Below, in pieces: positions 38,585 through 49,305 of a DNA stretch of 64,000 nucleotides. The DNA is from a virus. Position 1 is the first letter of the stretch, and each line of letters opens with the position of its first letter. The stretch spans positions 1-64,000 of IMG/VR virus record IMGVR_UViG_3300024319_000005; one strand, 5' to 3'. Below the pieces are notes generated by a model that did no database searches, was not told where the DNA came from, and was given only the letters and a program-made list of their open reading frames with translations. Made by a program: the position numbers and the translations under genes.

Positions 38585-41500
38585 TTAATAGTTGTTTTGT
38601 ACTAAATTAATCCATGCATAGGTAGTGGCTCCTGTTTGCATACACATGTCTGCATAACTATTGTTTCCACTTGTTCTATATCTTATTGTTCCTACTTTAC
38701 TTGCTGATGCTGTATCTGTGTCATTGGCAATTTGAACTCCCCCATCTACTTGTAATTTAGAAGAAGGATTTGCAGTTCCTATTCCTACGCTACTAGTTGT
38801 ACCGTCTATTCTTAACATTTCAGTACTGCCAATATTAAAAGTAATATCAGGCTCTACAAAACCATTAGCTTCAGTAGTAAAAACTGTTCCTCCAACGTTT
38901 GAAGATATTTCAACATAGTTATTATCATCTGTTCCTATAGTAGCTGAACCACCTGAAACTTGTAACTTTGAATCAGGACTCTCAGTCCCTATACCTAAAT
39001 TACCATTTGAATCAAATACTGCTATAGCAGTACCATTTTTGTGGTATCTTAAATCTCCTGCATTATTTGCATCTAATGTCCACTTACTAGTACCGTCTGC
39101 GCTCTCTATAGCTAACCCTTCTGCTATACCATCTACACTAGCTTTTACATGTAACTTAGAAGATGGGTTAGTAATACCAGATCCTATTTTTCCAGCAGCA
39201 GTAAAATTAGTAGATACAGCTCCTGACCCAGTAACATCTAAAGTTACAAGAGGATTAGTATTATTAATACCTACTTGACTACCTTTTATAGTCATTGTAG
39301 TATTTATAACTCCAGACTGTGCGGTATTAAAGTTTAATTGACCTCTTTCATTACCATCTGTGTATACACTTGTTACACTATTTATAGAAGAAAAAACTTC
39401 ACTGCTTGCTGCAGAATTTAAAGCTTTAAACTCTATTAAACCGCTTGTAGTATTATTGCCAGTTACTCCACTGTCTGCTATTGTTATTTTAGGGTCAGCG
39501 TTAGTTGTAACTAATAAATCTCCTGTAGTTGTTTCTCCTGTAATTTCAAAATCCCCATCTACTCCTAAATTGTTTATTACAGTTACATCACCATTAGTAT
39601 CTATTCTTAACAACTCATTACCGTGAGCATCAAGATTACCATCTTTTATAGATAGCCCACTAGCATCAGTTAATATTGTCCCTTGACCTCCTGATGTTGT
39701 ATCAAAAGAAAGTATAGGACTTTGCCCATTAAGTGTTAATGAAGCTCCATCTGCAATATTAGAAATAGCTACTGTAGGCTTTATAGTAGTAGATGCATTA
39801 TCTCCTACTGTTATTTCAGAGTTAGGGCTTGAAACTCCTACTCCTAAGTTTCCATCTGATGTTATACGTACACGCTCTGTAGGCGTGTCTGAGTCAGTTC
39901 CATTACCAAATACAAGGCTACCTGCTCCATCATTATATATTCTTGAATCTAAGCCACCTGCAGGTACAGATAAAATTAGTTCAGGAGTAGCTGATGTTAT
40001 TTTAACAGAACCCTGTACTAAAGCATCTCCTACTACTTCTAATTTTTCACTAGGTGTAGTTGTTCCTATACCTACATTAGAAGTAGAATCATCTACTACT
40101 AAACCTGAGCCATTAGATCCTCCTACAGTATAAAAATTAACTGCCCCATCAGCATCTCCATCAGCATATAAACCACCATAAAAAGTACCATTAGAAGATT
40201 TAAAACTATAAACTTTATTCCAATCTGCATTTGGACTTCCTGTAATAGTTACACGCCCTCCTCCAGTTACTGAAAATGATCCATTTTCATTATTTTCACC
40301 TATTTGTAAAGGGTATATTGGAATACTAGTACCTATTCCTAGATTACCTTCGTTATTTATTCTTACAACTTCTCTATTCTGTGGAGAAACATTTCCTGTA
40401 GTATAAAATGCTAGTGCGCCTTTTGAGCCAAAAGCATTGTCTGATACTGAAGCAATTCTTGCCATAATATCATTAGTACTTCCTGGTGCAGTAGAGTTAG
40501 CTTTAAAATCAAGTGAGCCTGTAATATCTCCTTCAGACATAGCAAATAATCCTCCAGTAGCTCCTCCTGTTATTGTTACAGTTGAAGTTGTACTGTCGTT
40601 TACTATTTCTAATTCTGTTAGTGGGGTAATAGTTCCTATGCCAACATACCCTTGACCATTAATAGACATTTTCTCAGTTCTATCTGCAGGTAAAAAAGTA
40701 TTATTATCTTGAGTAAAGAATCCTAGTCTAGGGTTTAAAGTAGCAGGGTCACTGTCAGTATTAATGTTTCTTATTTCTGAACCATACCACTCAACACCTG
40801 CACTATTTTTACTATTTAAAGTAATACCTACATACTCACCGTCAGCATCTGCTCCACTAGTAAAAGTTGCTATATTACCATTAGTTCCTGCGTTATCTAC
40901 AGATAACTTTGATGTAGGAGAAGAAGTACCTACTCCTAAGTCTCCTTCTATAATAGCTCCATTTGTAGGAGCTGCAATATTATTATATCCAGTACCTACT
41001 CTTAAGTTACCTTCTATGTCTAGTTTAGAAGTAGGACTTGAATCTCCTATTCCTATATTATTGTTATTTTCAGTTACAACGCTGTCTTCAATTGTGTTTG
41101 AATCAGCCCATTTAGTTAATTTACCTGCAGTACCAGTACCGTCTATTTTTTCATCTATTAAAATCTGTTGAGCATCTTGCTCATCCTTTAGTACTTTACC
41201 TTGACTAGCAGCTAAACTAATAGTGTTATCAGTTGAATCTAAACCATCATAAACATCTCTTTGTGCTATAGTAGTATCAACTGCATTACCATTATAAGTA
41301 GGTAAGCCATTTACATCTTCACCAAAGTTATCTAAAACTGATTTATTAGCATGGGTGTGTGTACCTAATCCTATATAAGAAGTTACAGTACCATCAGCTA
41401 ATAGTATTTCATCTACAGTTCCTCCATCTTTAATAAAGGCATTACTTTTTATATTGCCATCTACTTCTAAAGCTTCAGATGGACTTTGAGTTCCTACTCC

Positions 41501-42946
41501 TACATTACCTCCTAAAGGGTTTAATAGTAGTTCGTGGGAATTTGCATTAGTTACACTTTGAGATTGTAGCCAAGCTTTGTTAGAATTAAGTACTCCTACT
41601 TGTAATCCATAATAAGCAGGATCAGTATCTGAATTACTTATAAATACACTACCTGTAGCAGCACCTAATGTAGGTATATCAGATGCATTACTTGATTCAA
41701 CGTGTAGTTTTGTTTTTGGGTCTGTTAGTCCAACTCCTACTTTACCATCAAATGTAAGAGCTAAAGTATCATTAGTAGCTCCTGTTCTAAATTCTAATCC
41801 ACCTATTGTGGAGTTATTAGCAATAGTACTTACTCCTGGTCTACTAAAATACATATTAGCACCAGTGTTTTCTATACTTACATTACCTAAAGAGCCATTA
41901 ACCTGAAAATCCCCAGCTACATTTAAAGTTGTAGAAGGGGTAGTTGTATTAATACCAACATTACCAGTATTTGCTTGTACAGTAATCTTAGCATCTGTTA
42001 AATCAGCGTCTGTGTTATCTAAGTCAGAGTTATTGAGTATGTGTACATCACCAGTACCAAAGTTTCCTTTTGTGTCTAGTACTATACCTCCTTTTACTGC
42101 TCCATTTTGATCAATAAATCCAGTTAATCCTACTCCTGTAAACTCATTAGTGTCATTGTTTTGCCCTGCCACTATAGCAAAAGAATCTGTAGTAGTGTTA
42201 TTATAAACTGTAGCTCTGTATCCAGGAGTGTCAGTACCAACTCCTAAGTAACCTGCTACATATGCATCCCCATCTAACTCAGTGTCTCCGCTAACTACTG
42301 CATCTCCTGATACTAGTAAGTCGTTAGTTACATCTAAACTATCTATATTTGCATGTCCAGTTACAGTTAACTCTTGAGAAATTACTTCTCCAGTTACATT
42401 TACATTTCCACCAACAAATAAGTCATTAGAGATTTTAGCATCGCCACCTACATCTAATTTTTTTGTAGGAGTTGTTACGTTTATACCTACGTTTCCGTTA
42501 GCGTAGTTTACAGCTATACTTGAAGGGGTAGCAGTAGATCCATCAGGGTTTTGCCATATACTACTATCAGAACTTTTTCTAATTAATGTAATATCATTGT
42601 TTGTTAACTCCCAGACAAAATCAGGAGTATTGCTATCTCCTAAAAATAAAAGGGCATTTACTTTTTGAGGCTCAGTTAAGTTAGCGTTAATCCAAGTTTC
42701 TACTTCTAGAATTTGTGGATCATTTGTTACAGCAAAGGCTGATAAAGGTATTTCAATTTTTTCTACAGCATAGTCATTAGCAGTACCATAACCTAAAAAC
42801 TCCATTGCTTTATCTACTAAACCAATGAAACTTTGATTATAATTTGCTAAACCTCCTGTTGTTTCCTTAGACCCTCTAATATCTTTTCTTCCAAAGATTG
42901 TATTTTGAGACTTAAAGACTTTTATGAAAACCTTTTTAATATCCAT
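38585..42946 (-). CDS. Long tail fibre protein
   Basis: 1453 aa with GNVGIGT repeats and a C-terminal GTIRY module. Confidence 0.85.
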   Translation of the reverse strand: MDIKKVFIKVFKSQNTIFGRKDIRGSKETTGGLANYNQSFIGLVDKAMEFLGYGTANDYAVEKIEIPLSAFAVTNDPQILEVETWINANLTEPQKVNALLFLGDSNTPDFVWELTNNDITLIRKSSDSSIWQNPDGSTATPSSIAVNYANGNVGINVTTPTKKLDVGGDAKISNDLFVGGNVNVTGEVISQELTVTGHANIDSLDVTNDLLVSGDAVVSGDTELDGDAYVAGYLGVGTDTPGYRATVYNNTTTDSFAIVAGQNNDTNEFTGVGLTGFIDQNGAVKGGIVLDTKGNFGTGDVHILNNSDLDNTDADLTDAKITVQANTGNVGINTTTPSTTLNVAGDFQVNGSLGNVSIENTGANMYFSRPGVSTIANNSTIGGLEFRTGATNDTLALTFDGKVGVGLTDPKTKLHVESSNASDIPTLGAATGSVFISNSDTDPAYYGLQVGVLNSNKAWLQSQSVTNANSHELLLNPLGGNVGVGTQSPSEALEVDGNIKSNAFIKDGGTVDEILLADGTVTSYIGLGTHTHANKSVLDNFGEDVNGLPTYNGNAVDTTIAQRDVYDGLDSTDNTISLAASQGKVLKDEQDAQQILIDEKIDGTGTAGKLTKWADSNTIEDSVVTENNNNIGIGDSSPTSKLDIEGNLRVGTGYNNIAAPTNGAIIEGDLGVGTSSPTSKLSVDNAGTNGNIATFTSGADADGEYVGITLNSKNSAGVEWYGSEIRNINTDSDPATLNPRLGFFTQDNNTFLPADRTEKMSINGQGYVGIGTITPLTELEIVNDSTTSTVTITGGATGGLFAMSEGDITGSLDFKANSTAPGSTNDIMARIASVSDNAFGSKGALAFYTTGNVSPQNREVVRINNEGNLGIGTSIPIYPLQIGENNENGSFSVTGGGRVTITGSPNADWNKVYSFKSSNGTFYGGLYADGDADGAVNFYTVGGSNGSGLVVDDSTSNVGIGTTTPSEKLEVVGDALVQGSVKITSATPELILSVPAGGLDSRIYNDGAGSLVFGNGTDSDTPTERVRITSDGNLGVGVSSPNSEITVGDNASTTIKPTVAISNIADGASLTLNGQSPILSFDTTSGGQGTILTDASGLSIKDGNLDAHGNELLRIDTNGDVTVINNLGVDGDFEITGETTTGDLLVTTNADPKITIADSGVTGNNTTSGLIEFKALNSAASSEVFSSINSVTSVYTDGNERGQLNFNTAQSGVINTTMTIKGSQVGINNTNPLVTLDVTGSGAVSTNFTAAGKIGSGITNPSSKLHVKASVDGIAEGLAIESADGTSKWTLDANNAGDLRYHKNGTAIAVFDSNGNLGIGTESPDSKLQVSGGSATIGTDDNNYVEISSNVGGTVFTTEANGFVEPDITFNIGSTEMLRIDGTTSSVGIGTANPSSKLQVDGGVQIANDTDTASASKVGTIRYRTSGNNSYADMCMQTGATTYAWINLVQNNY

Positions 42947-42994
42947 TCAGATAAACGTTTAAATCTAAGAAAAAATATATTGTAACTTTACATT

Positions 42995-43035
42995 AAAAAA
43001 ATGCAAGCATATCCGATTAAAGATACACTTGCATT
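42995..43035 (-). terminator. Intrinsic terminator after the auxiliary capsid gene
   Basis: aatgcaag...cttgcatt stem plus T-run on the minus strand. Confidence 0.7.
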
Positions 43036-43051
43036 AATTATTTTATAAAGT

Positions 43052-44500
43052 CTAGAGTGCTCCTGTTACGACAGCATCTGTACTTGCAACCCAAACTCCA
43101 AGAACTGCATCAAAGTCAGTTTTGAAAGGTGTGTTTAAAGTAGCTCCATCTGCACTTACAGATATAACTGGGAAAAGATCAGCATTATCAGCAGTATATG
43201 CTGTTAGTACTGCGTCTACATCAGCAGTTGCATCCATAGCTGCAGGCATTAACATAACTAGTTGCTTAGGAGAAACTTCTTTTCTAGTAAGAGTTTCTTC
43301 AAAATCAACATAATCAAGAATAGCTGAAGTATATGGTGTGTTTTCAGCTACATAGTTGTAACCTTCAACAACATTAAATGAAGGATAATCTGTTGCTACA
43401 AAAAGATTGTGTACATTTCTTTGTGCACTTCTTCTGTTAGCCATATCCCAATTCATGTTTACAGCTTCTTCGTTACCAGCTTTAGTTGAACTAAATCCTT
43501 CTGATACTCTGAAACCGTCAGTTAAGTTTACAGTAATGTCAACTGTAGTCTTAGGGTTAGTATTTACTCCTAAAGGAATAGAATCTCTTTCTCCTAATAC
43601 AATAAAAGCATCAACCTTAGCTGCAGCACCTGCAGTAGTAAGATCAATTACTTCAACAGTAGTAGCAATATCAATTGCTTCTGTAGCCTTACCTGCTGCT
43701 ACGTCTTCAGCTTGAAGCTTAAGAAGTTTAGCAAGACCTGCAACCATTTCTGGTGTTATTGTTACTGAAGATGTAATACCTTTATAATCCATAAATGGAA
43801 CAGAATCTCCTGCTGCAATACTACCAATTGCTACTCCACCTGAAACTGTACCTGCAATATTTACTGCTAAAGCTACAAAAGGCTTCTTTCCTTTCATGTC
43901 TCCGTTCTCTCCTGAAAAAGTAAAAGAGCTACGGTTTAATTTATAAAGCATGTTTTGGATAACGTAATCCTTAGCATTAACTGTACCTAAAGCTGTAAAG
44001 TCAGGAGCAAGAATTTTACTTGTTACTGAGTTAGAGTTAAATCCGTGAGTCTTCTCTATCTGAGCAGAATCCATCTCAACTATAATACCGTATTCAGTAC
44101 TATCAACAGGAGCTGGAAAATCAGAACAAGAAACTGCAGAATAAACTGCTGTTCTAGGTTTAGTAATAGTTAATGATCGTACATTATCTTTCTGAATATC
44201 ATCAGAAGATACATATACTGGATCTGCTACTTTCCAAGGATCTGCAAGAGCTAAGTTTGAGCTTGCAGGAGTTCCTTGCATTACTCTAATTGCTCTTACG
44301 TTACTTGCTACCTCACCACCAGCTAGAAAATTGTTAGCTGCTACTGTCCCATAAAAATCTGCGGAAGCAACTCCGAACTGACCGTCAGCCAAGTTTACAT
44401 TGCTTGCACCTAGTACTGCTTGATTTTTAGAAAAAGCTTGAGGTTTAGATACTAGAATTTCTTCTATATCACGCTTGTTACTTCTTTTAAATTGTGTCAT
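43052..44500 (-). CDS. Probable auxiliary capsid protein
   Basis: 482 aa, Ala/Val-rich. crAss-like position after MCP and ring genes; followed by a terminator. Confidence 0.5.
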   Translation of the reverse strand: MTQFKRSNKRDIEEILVSKPQAFSKNQAVLGASNVNLADGQFGVASADFYGTVAANNFLAGGEVASNVRAIRVMQGTPASSNLALADPWKVADPVYVSSDDIQKDNVRSLTITKPRTAVYSAVSCSDFPAPVDSTEYGIIVEMDSAQIEKTHGFNSNSVTSKILAPDFTALGTVNAKDYVIQNMLYKLNRSSFTFSGENGDMKGKKPFVALAVNIAGTVSGGVAIGSIAAGDSVPFMDYKGITSSVTITPEMVAGLAKLLKLQAEDVAAGKATEAIDIATTVEVIDLTTAGAAAKVDAFIVLGERDSIPLGVNTNPKTTVDITVNLTDGFRVSEGFSSTKAGNEEAVNMNWDMANRRSAQRNVHNLFVATDYPSFNVVEGYNYVAENTPYTSAILDYVDFEETLTRKEVSPKQLVMLMPAAMDATADVDAVLTAYTADNADLFPVISVSADGATLNTPFKTDFDAVLGVWVASTDAVVTGAL

Positions 44501-44521
44501 TTTAAAAATATTAATTTGAAA

Positions 44522-45268
44522 TTATAAATTAGAAACTATTTGATTTTGAGCTACTTGATAATCTGTAGTCTGCATAGCTTCCCATTCTCGAACAACAAAG
44601 TTAACTAGAACATCAATGAATGTTTCATCTATTTCTGGGTTAACAGCGTTGTCTGTTAAAGAATAACCATCTAAGCCTTTACTAGATTCTATACTATTAT
44701 AGCCTCCTATAAATGCTCTTCTTGGTTGTTTAATATACTCAACATCAACTGTTGAGATTGTAAATTTGTTATTTGTATATAAATATATAGAAGAGCCTAA
44801 GCCTGTACTAGCCCTTGCAATAGTAAATGGAATTCTTTTCCACTTTCTAGAAGGCTTAGAAAATGCGTCTCCTAAAATAGTATTTAGTTGTGTGTGCTTA
44901 TCTAAATTTAAGTTAATAGGTCCACAGTCAGTATTAATACTAACTCTAACTAAATGCCTGTACTTGTGCTCTAAAAAAGTAAATGGTATTTCAAATACAC
45001 CATCTTTGTGAGCTAATGGAGTCAAAGGTGCTTGCTCTGGTTGCTTTACTAAAAGATTAGATATCATATCTATTCTCATTTGTGTAGCTTCAAAGCCCAT
45101 ACCTTGAGTAAGTGCAGTACCTGCAAAAGCAGCATCTACGTAGTTGTCTTGACTAATGTTAATCAATTCATCTATTATAGCAGGAGGTAAATCATATCTA
45201 GAATTAGAATCTAATTTTTCTACCTTTGCTTTTACTAATACGTGTACTCTTTCAATTAATGCATCCAT
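44522..45268 (-). CDS. Tail/neck ring protein
   Basis: 248 aa with KLDSNS...GFEATQMRIDMISNL...YIKQP...PEI; synteny. Confidence 0.65.
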   Translation of the reverse strand: MDALIERVHVLVKAKVEKLDSNSRYDLPPAIIDELINISQDNYVDAAFAGTALTQGMGFEATQMRIDMISNLLVKQPEQAPLTPLAHKDGVFEIPFTFLEHKYRHLVRVSINTDCGPINLNLDKHTQLNTILGDAFSKPSRKWKRIPFTIARASTGLGSSIYLYTNNKFTISTVDVEYIKQPRRAFIGGYNSIESSKGLDGYSLTDNAVNPEIDETFIDVLVNFVVREWEAMQTTDYQVAQNQIVSNL

Positions 45269-45269
45269 A

Positions 45270-46400
45270 TTATTCTACCCAAATGTTTTTAGATTTCACT
45301 TCGTCAAATAAAATTTTATACCAGTTTTGTGATTCACTCTTTTCTGAGTAGTTTTCATATTCTGATAACATAAAGTTTTTAAATGTTAAAGATGAAGTAA
45401 ATTCTCCAACATTAGGATCTTGTATTTGTGAATGCCAAGTATATCTACCGTCTCTTGCAGTAATAACATTACCGTTAAGAGCTTGCTGTATCAAGTACTC
45501 AATATCTATTTTATAAGATTCTTCAGCAACTGACATTCTTTCTACTAAACTAGTCAACCTTTCGCTGTTAGCAAGTTGATGTCTGTTAGAGCTAGAAATA
45601 TACTCAAGTAAAACTTCTTTTACTTTATCATCTGTAGCTTTACCTTTTAGTATATTGTTTCCAACATTATCTTTAAGAATAATAGCTGCTTTGTATCTAT
45701 CATAAGCTTCAAACTTACGCTTTAGAGTTTCATAGTTATATGCTGCTTCAGTTATAACTTCTCTCCTCTTAATCTTTCTTTCTTGTGCCTCATTTTCTTC
45801 TGAGATAAAAAATCTGTGACTAACAGGATTAATGTCATCTATTGACTCTGCAATTCTATTGTGATTTTTTATAAGTTGCATTGACAACCTCCCTCGTGGG
45901 GTATCACTAGAAAATCTATTTGTTCTAGGATATAATACTAACTTAAAGTTCTGTAAGTATGTTGGAACTTCTGCATCTAAATGCGTTCCTTTTCCAGCAC
46001 TTAATAAGGTAGAACCTTTCATTTCTGAAGTATAAAAATCTGGATCTACTCCATCTCTTACTTCGTATTCTCTTTGTTTAGAAATTTTATCTTCTCCTAC
46101 TAATGAGTCTAATAAAGAATCCCATAGTTTAGATAGACCAAATTCTACTTGCAACTCTGTTGCTTTTTTACCTTTAAAAGGATTTTCAACTAATTCATCT
46201 AGCCCAGTGATTAATCTACGTTTAGCGTAATCTGCTTTGAACTTATAAATATCGTGAACTTTTGAACCTCTTGATTGATTTAGTGGAGAACTATTTACTT
46301 CTTCACCTGTAACAGGATCAAATGTTTTATACTGTCTTGTGTGTCTTCCTTGTACACTTGTTCCTTGTACAGGGTTAACGAATAATACATGATTTTTCAT
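45270..46400 (-). CDS. Conserved crAss-like protein downstream of MCP
   Basis: 376 aa with LITGLD...NPF; synteny. Confidence 0.55.
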   Translation of the reverse strand: MKNHVLFVNPVQGTSVQGRHTRQYKTFDPVTGEEVNSSPLNQSRGSKVHDIYKFKADYAKRRLITGLDELVENPFKGKKATELQVEFGLSKLWDSLLDSLVGEDKISKQREYEVRDGVDPDFYTSEMKGSTLLSAGKGTHLDAEVPTYLQNFKLVLYPRTNRFSSDTPRGRLSMQLIKNHNRIAESIDDINPVSHRFFISEENEAQERKIKRREVITEAAYNYETLKRKFEAYDRYKAAIILKDNVGNNILKGKATDDKVKEVLLEYISSSNRHQLANSERLTSLVERMSVAEESYKIDIEYLIQQALNGNVITARDGRYTWHSQIQDPNVGEFTSSLTFKNFMLSEYENYSEKSESQNWYKILFDEVKSKNIWVE

Positions 46401-46516
46401 ATCATTTTAACTTTTTCGTGGTTAAATTAAAAAAAATAGGTTCCTTTTTAATGTTGTCACCTACAACCAATCTCCAGTTTGATCATCTATATATAATCAA
46501 AAACAGATAGCGAATT

Positions 46517-48145
46517 TTAATATGCTAGTGTAGGATCGAATTCTACTCTACCAATTCTTTCTGTATCCCATACACAAAGTCCACCAGACATTTCTCTGTA
46601 CATACCCATTTTTTTGTTGTTTGAGTAAGCATTTGAACCGTCAGTAATAGCACCTGTTACAGGGTCATATATGTTAGAAACAGTGTAGTATGATTCTACT
46701 CCACCTTCTTGAACACATGTAATGTTTGCATTGTTTGCTGCTGCAGCTTTTTGATCAGTTGCACCAAAATCAAAGATATCATAAGCGTATGACTCTAAAG
46801 TTCTATCAACTCCTGGAGCCATTTCTGGGAATAAGTTTCTGTCATCTTTGATTGGGTCATGTTGTACTTGAATTACTAGACCATTTGTTAGTCTAATAGA
46901 AGTAAACTGTGATCCGTACTCTAATGCGTTCTGGTGAAATCTTGAATCAACATTACGGATAAATTTATCATCAACAGTAACGTATTGGAATTGAGAAGCT
47001 TCCTTAGCAATTAGTCTGTGGAAGAAATCAACACCTGCTTCACCTGTAGAAAGAATAATCAATCTATCAGAGAAATCACGTCTTGTGATAAATACAGACA
47101 TTAAGTATTCAGAAAGATCTGAAAGAGTTAATGAACCGTTGTGTGAGTAGAAGTTACCATCTTTCACTAACTGTCTCCATCCTGGAGGAGTTTTGATTGG
47201 TCTTCCTGAATCATGATCTTGAGAAAACTGTAAACGACCCCATTCCATGCTGAATTCTAAATCTCTGTGGATTCTTTCTTCAAGGATTCCTTCCATCTTA
47301 GTAATATATGTTCCAGCCATTACTTTCGTAGACTGTCCACCTTTACCTGTGTTTCCTAGATTCTTTAGTTCAGAGTAATACATGTACCCAACTCCTAGAG
47401 CTTCTCCAGTGTGAGTACCTGTTCCGTCTGAATAAGACATACCTGCAGAAGAACCTCCATCTCTACATCCCATTTCTAGTCTGATAAATTTGTCAGTTAC
47501 CTCTACCTTTCTTGCAAATGCTCCTGTCACAGATGACAATTCAAACATTTGGTTAAAGATAGGTGCAGAATATTTTGTGTTAAGCTCTGTTGCTACTTGT
47601 GTAGTTGCATCAATAACTTTTCTACCTGGCATAATGTACTTAATGTCTACCCAAGAATTTGGATCTCCATCTTGTAACTCAACTACGTAGTGGTAGTTAT
47701 TATCAGATACTCTTTTACCGTGTCCTACTATCTTTAGCATAGGAGCATCAGCACTTTCTGTTTTAAGAACAGTTGGCTCATGTACGTTCGGTGTATCAAG
47801 ACCGATCATAAATGACATTCCTCCTCTTCCTGGCTTACTATCAAGAGGTACTAATACGTCTGTGATAGTAAATGAAGTCTCAGTTTCACTAATTAAAGCC
47901 CACTTATAATCATCAACCCCTGGTCGGAGTGTATGAACATTATTATTTCCTTTAGTCATATAAAGGAATTTTTTGTTTAATAGGTGTGTTCCTGGCTTAG
48001 ATGAAAAAAGTTGCGCTCCTCTAACACCGAAGTTATGAGGTCCGTACTTTTTAAACATCTGCGCGTGTGAAAACGAGTCTTGAAATGAACCTCCTAGAGT
48101 TTCTCTTCTTGTAAACTCTAATGCAGTTTTTCTAAATGTACTCAT
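46517..48145 (-). CDS. Major capsid protein
   Basis: 542 aa with TPPGWRQLV, LSTGEAG..FF and HDPIKDD. Order is portal, scaffold-like, MCP. Confidence 0.85.
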   Translation of the reverse strand: MSTFRKTALEFTRRETLGGSFQDSFSHAQMFKKYGPHNFGVRGAQLFSSKPGTHLLNKKFLYMTKGNNNVHTLRPGVDDYKWALISETETSFTITDVLVPLDSKPGRGGMSFMIGLDTPNVHEPTVLKTESADAPMLKIVGHGKRVSDNNYHYVVELQDGDPNSWVDIKYIMPGRKVIDATTQVATELNTKYSAPIFNQMFELSSVTGAFARKVEVTDKFIRLEMGCRDGGSSAGMSYSDGTGTHTGEALGVGYMYYSELKNLGNTGKGGQSTKVMAGTYITKMEGILEERIHRDLEFSMEWGRLQFSQDHDSGRPIKTPPGWRQLVKDGNFYSHNGSLTLSDLSEYLMSVFITRRDFSDRLIILSTGEAGVDFFHRLIAKEASQFQYVTVDDKFIRNVDSRFHQNALEYGSQFTSIRLTNGLVIQVQHDPIKDDRNLFPEMAPGVDRTLESYAYDIFDFGATDQKAAAANNANITCVQEGGVESYYTVSNIYDPVTGAITDGSNAYSNNKKMGMYREMSGGLCVWDTERIGRVEFDPTLAY

Positions 48146-48158
48146 TATAATTATTTAT

Positions 48159-49190
48159 TTAAGGATTAACAAATTGAACATCATCCATTAGGTTTTTGTT
48201 ACGCTTAGTTCCAGAGCTTTTTCGTGACGAGGAGCTGTAATTCTGTCTAATAGAATTGTCTTTTAATTTTTCTACCTGTTTAGAGGCTGCAACTTTTGCA
48301 AACTCTGTAAGGTCAAATGTTTTAGTTTTAGCATCATAGTACTGACTTAATGTAATTAACTGTACTAATGATTCAGGATTAGTAAATGCTTCTGTAAATC
48401 TTTCTACATATGCATTACTTCTATAGTTAGCTTTAATAGCCTCCTTTGTTCTTTTAGGAAATTTATTATTATCTATAGTATCATATAGACTAGTAGTAAA
48501 TTCTCGTTGAGCTTCCTGTTGCTCCATCTCTTGTAACCTTTGTTGTTCCAAGATTTCATCAGGTGTAGTCTGAGATGCTTTTTGGTATTTAGAAGCTAGT
48601 TCTTTTAATGCCTTACCTTCTTCATCTCTTGATTCTAATAGGTCAATGTTAGACTCTATTAGATCATCATCAAGCCCTTGAGCTTTTAGATGGTTACTTA
48701 CTATTTCTCTTGCACCTTCTAAAGAGTCAACTGATACTGGTTGGTTATATAAGTTTAAAAATCCAACTACATCTTGATCAGTAAGTTCGTGACCTTTATT
48801 CATAATATACTCCATTATCTGTTTACCTTTTTCATTGGTATTAGATAGTAAGTTATCTTTTACACTTTCAGGAATCTCTTCAAAAATTTCATCAAGTTTT
48901 TCAAATGTACCATCAAAGTCATCTCTGTCTGTAATATAACCTTTGTCAAGTAAAGTTTTATAAGTACCTACTGCGGTAGGATCTTCTTCTACTTGTTCAG
49001 GAGCATCGTTAACATCAACTTCTTCTTCTTCTTGTACATTTTCTCCAGCAGGATCATACGTTGATTCTTGTACTGGGGTGGAATCCTCTCCTTCTGTTTC
49101 TACTTTATAGAAATCTGGATCAGATATAATTTCGACATTTTCATTGTCAAGTAGGTCATCCATAGCAGGGACCTCAAACGTTTTAGCCAT
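48159..49190 (-). CDS. Acidic scaffold-like protein
   Basis: 343 aa with an acidic disordered N-terminus; lies between portal and MCP. Confidence 0.6.
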   Translation of the reverse strand: MAKTFEVPAMDDLLDNENVEIISDPDFYKVETEGEDSTPVQESTYDPAGENVQEEEEVDVNDAPEQVEEDPTAVGTYKTLLDKGYITDRDDFDGTFEKLDEIFEEIPESVKDNLLSNTNEKGKQIMEYIMNKGHELTDQDVVGFLNLYNQPVSVDSLEGAREIVSNHLKAQGLDDDLIESNIDLLESRDEEGKALKELASKYQKASQTTPDEILEQQRLQEMEQQEAQREFTTSLYDTIDNNKFPKRTKEAIKANYRSNAYVERFTEAFTNPESLVQLITLSQYYDAKTKTFDLTEFAKVAASKQVEKLKDNSIRQNYSSSSRKSSGTKRNKNLMDDVQFVNP

Positions 49191-49211
49191 AATTTTTCTT
49201 TTTATGTTCTA

Positions 49212-49242
49212 CAAATATACTAACATATGTTGAAACTTCAAA
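49212..49242 (-). promoter_or_regulatory. Bacteroidota sigma70 promoter
   Basis: Minus strand TTTG-N19-TATATTTG, a perfect -33/-7 consensus. Confidence 0.75.
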
Positions 49243-49305
49243 ATGTAAATTAGATACTTTCTGAAGTTTCATACATAGTTATATTTAATTAAAAAATATT
49301 TAAAA

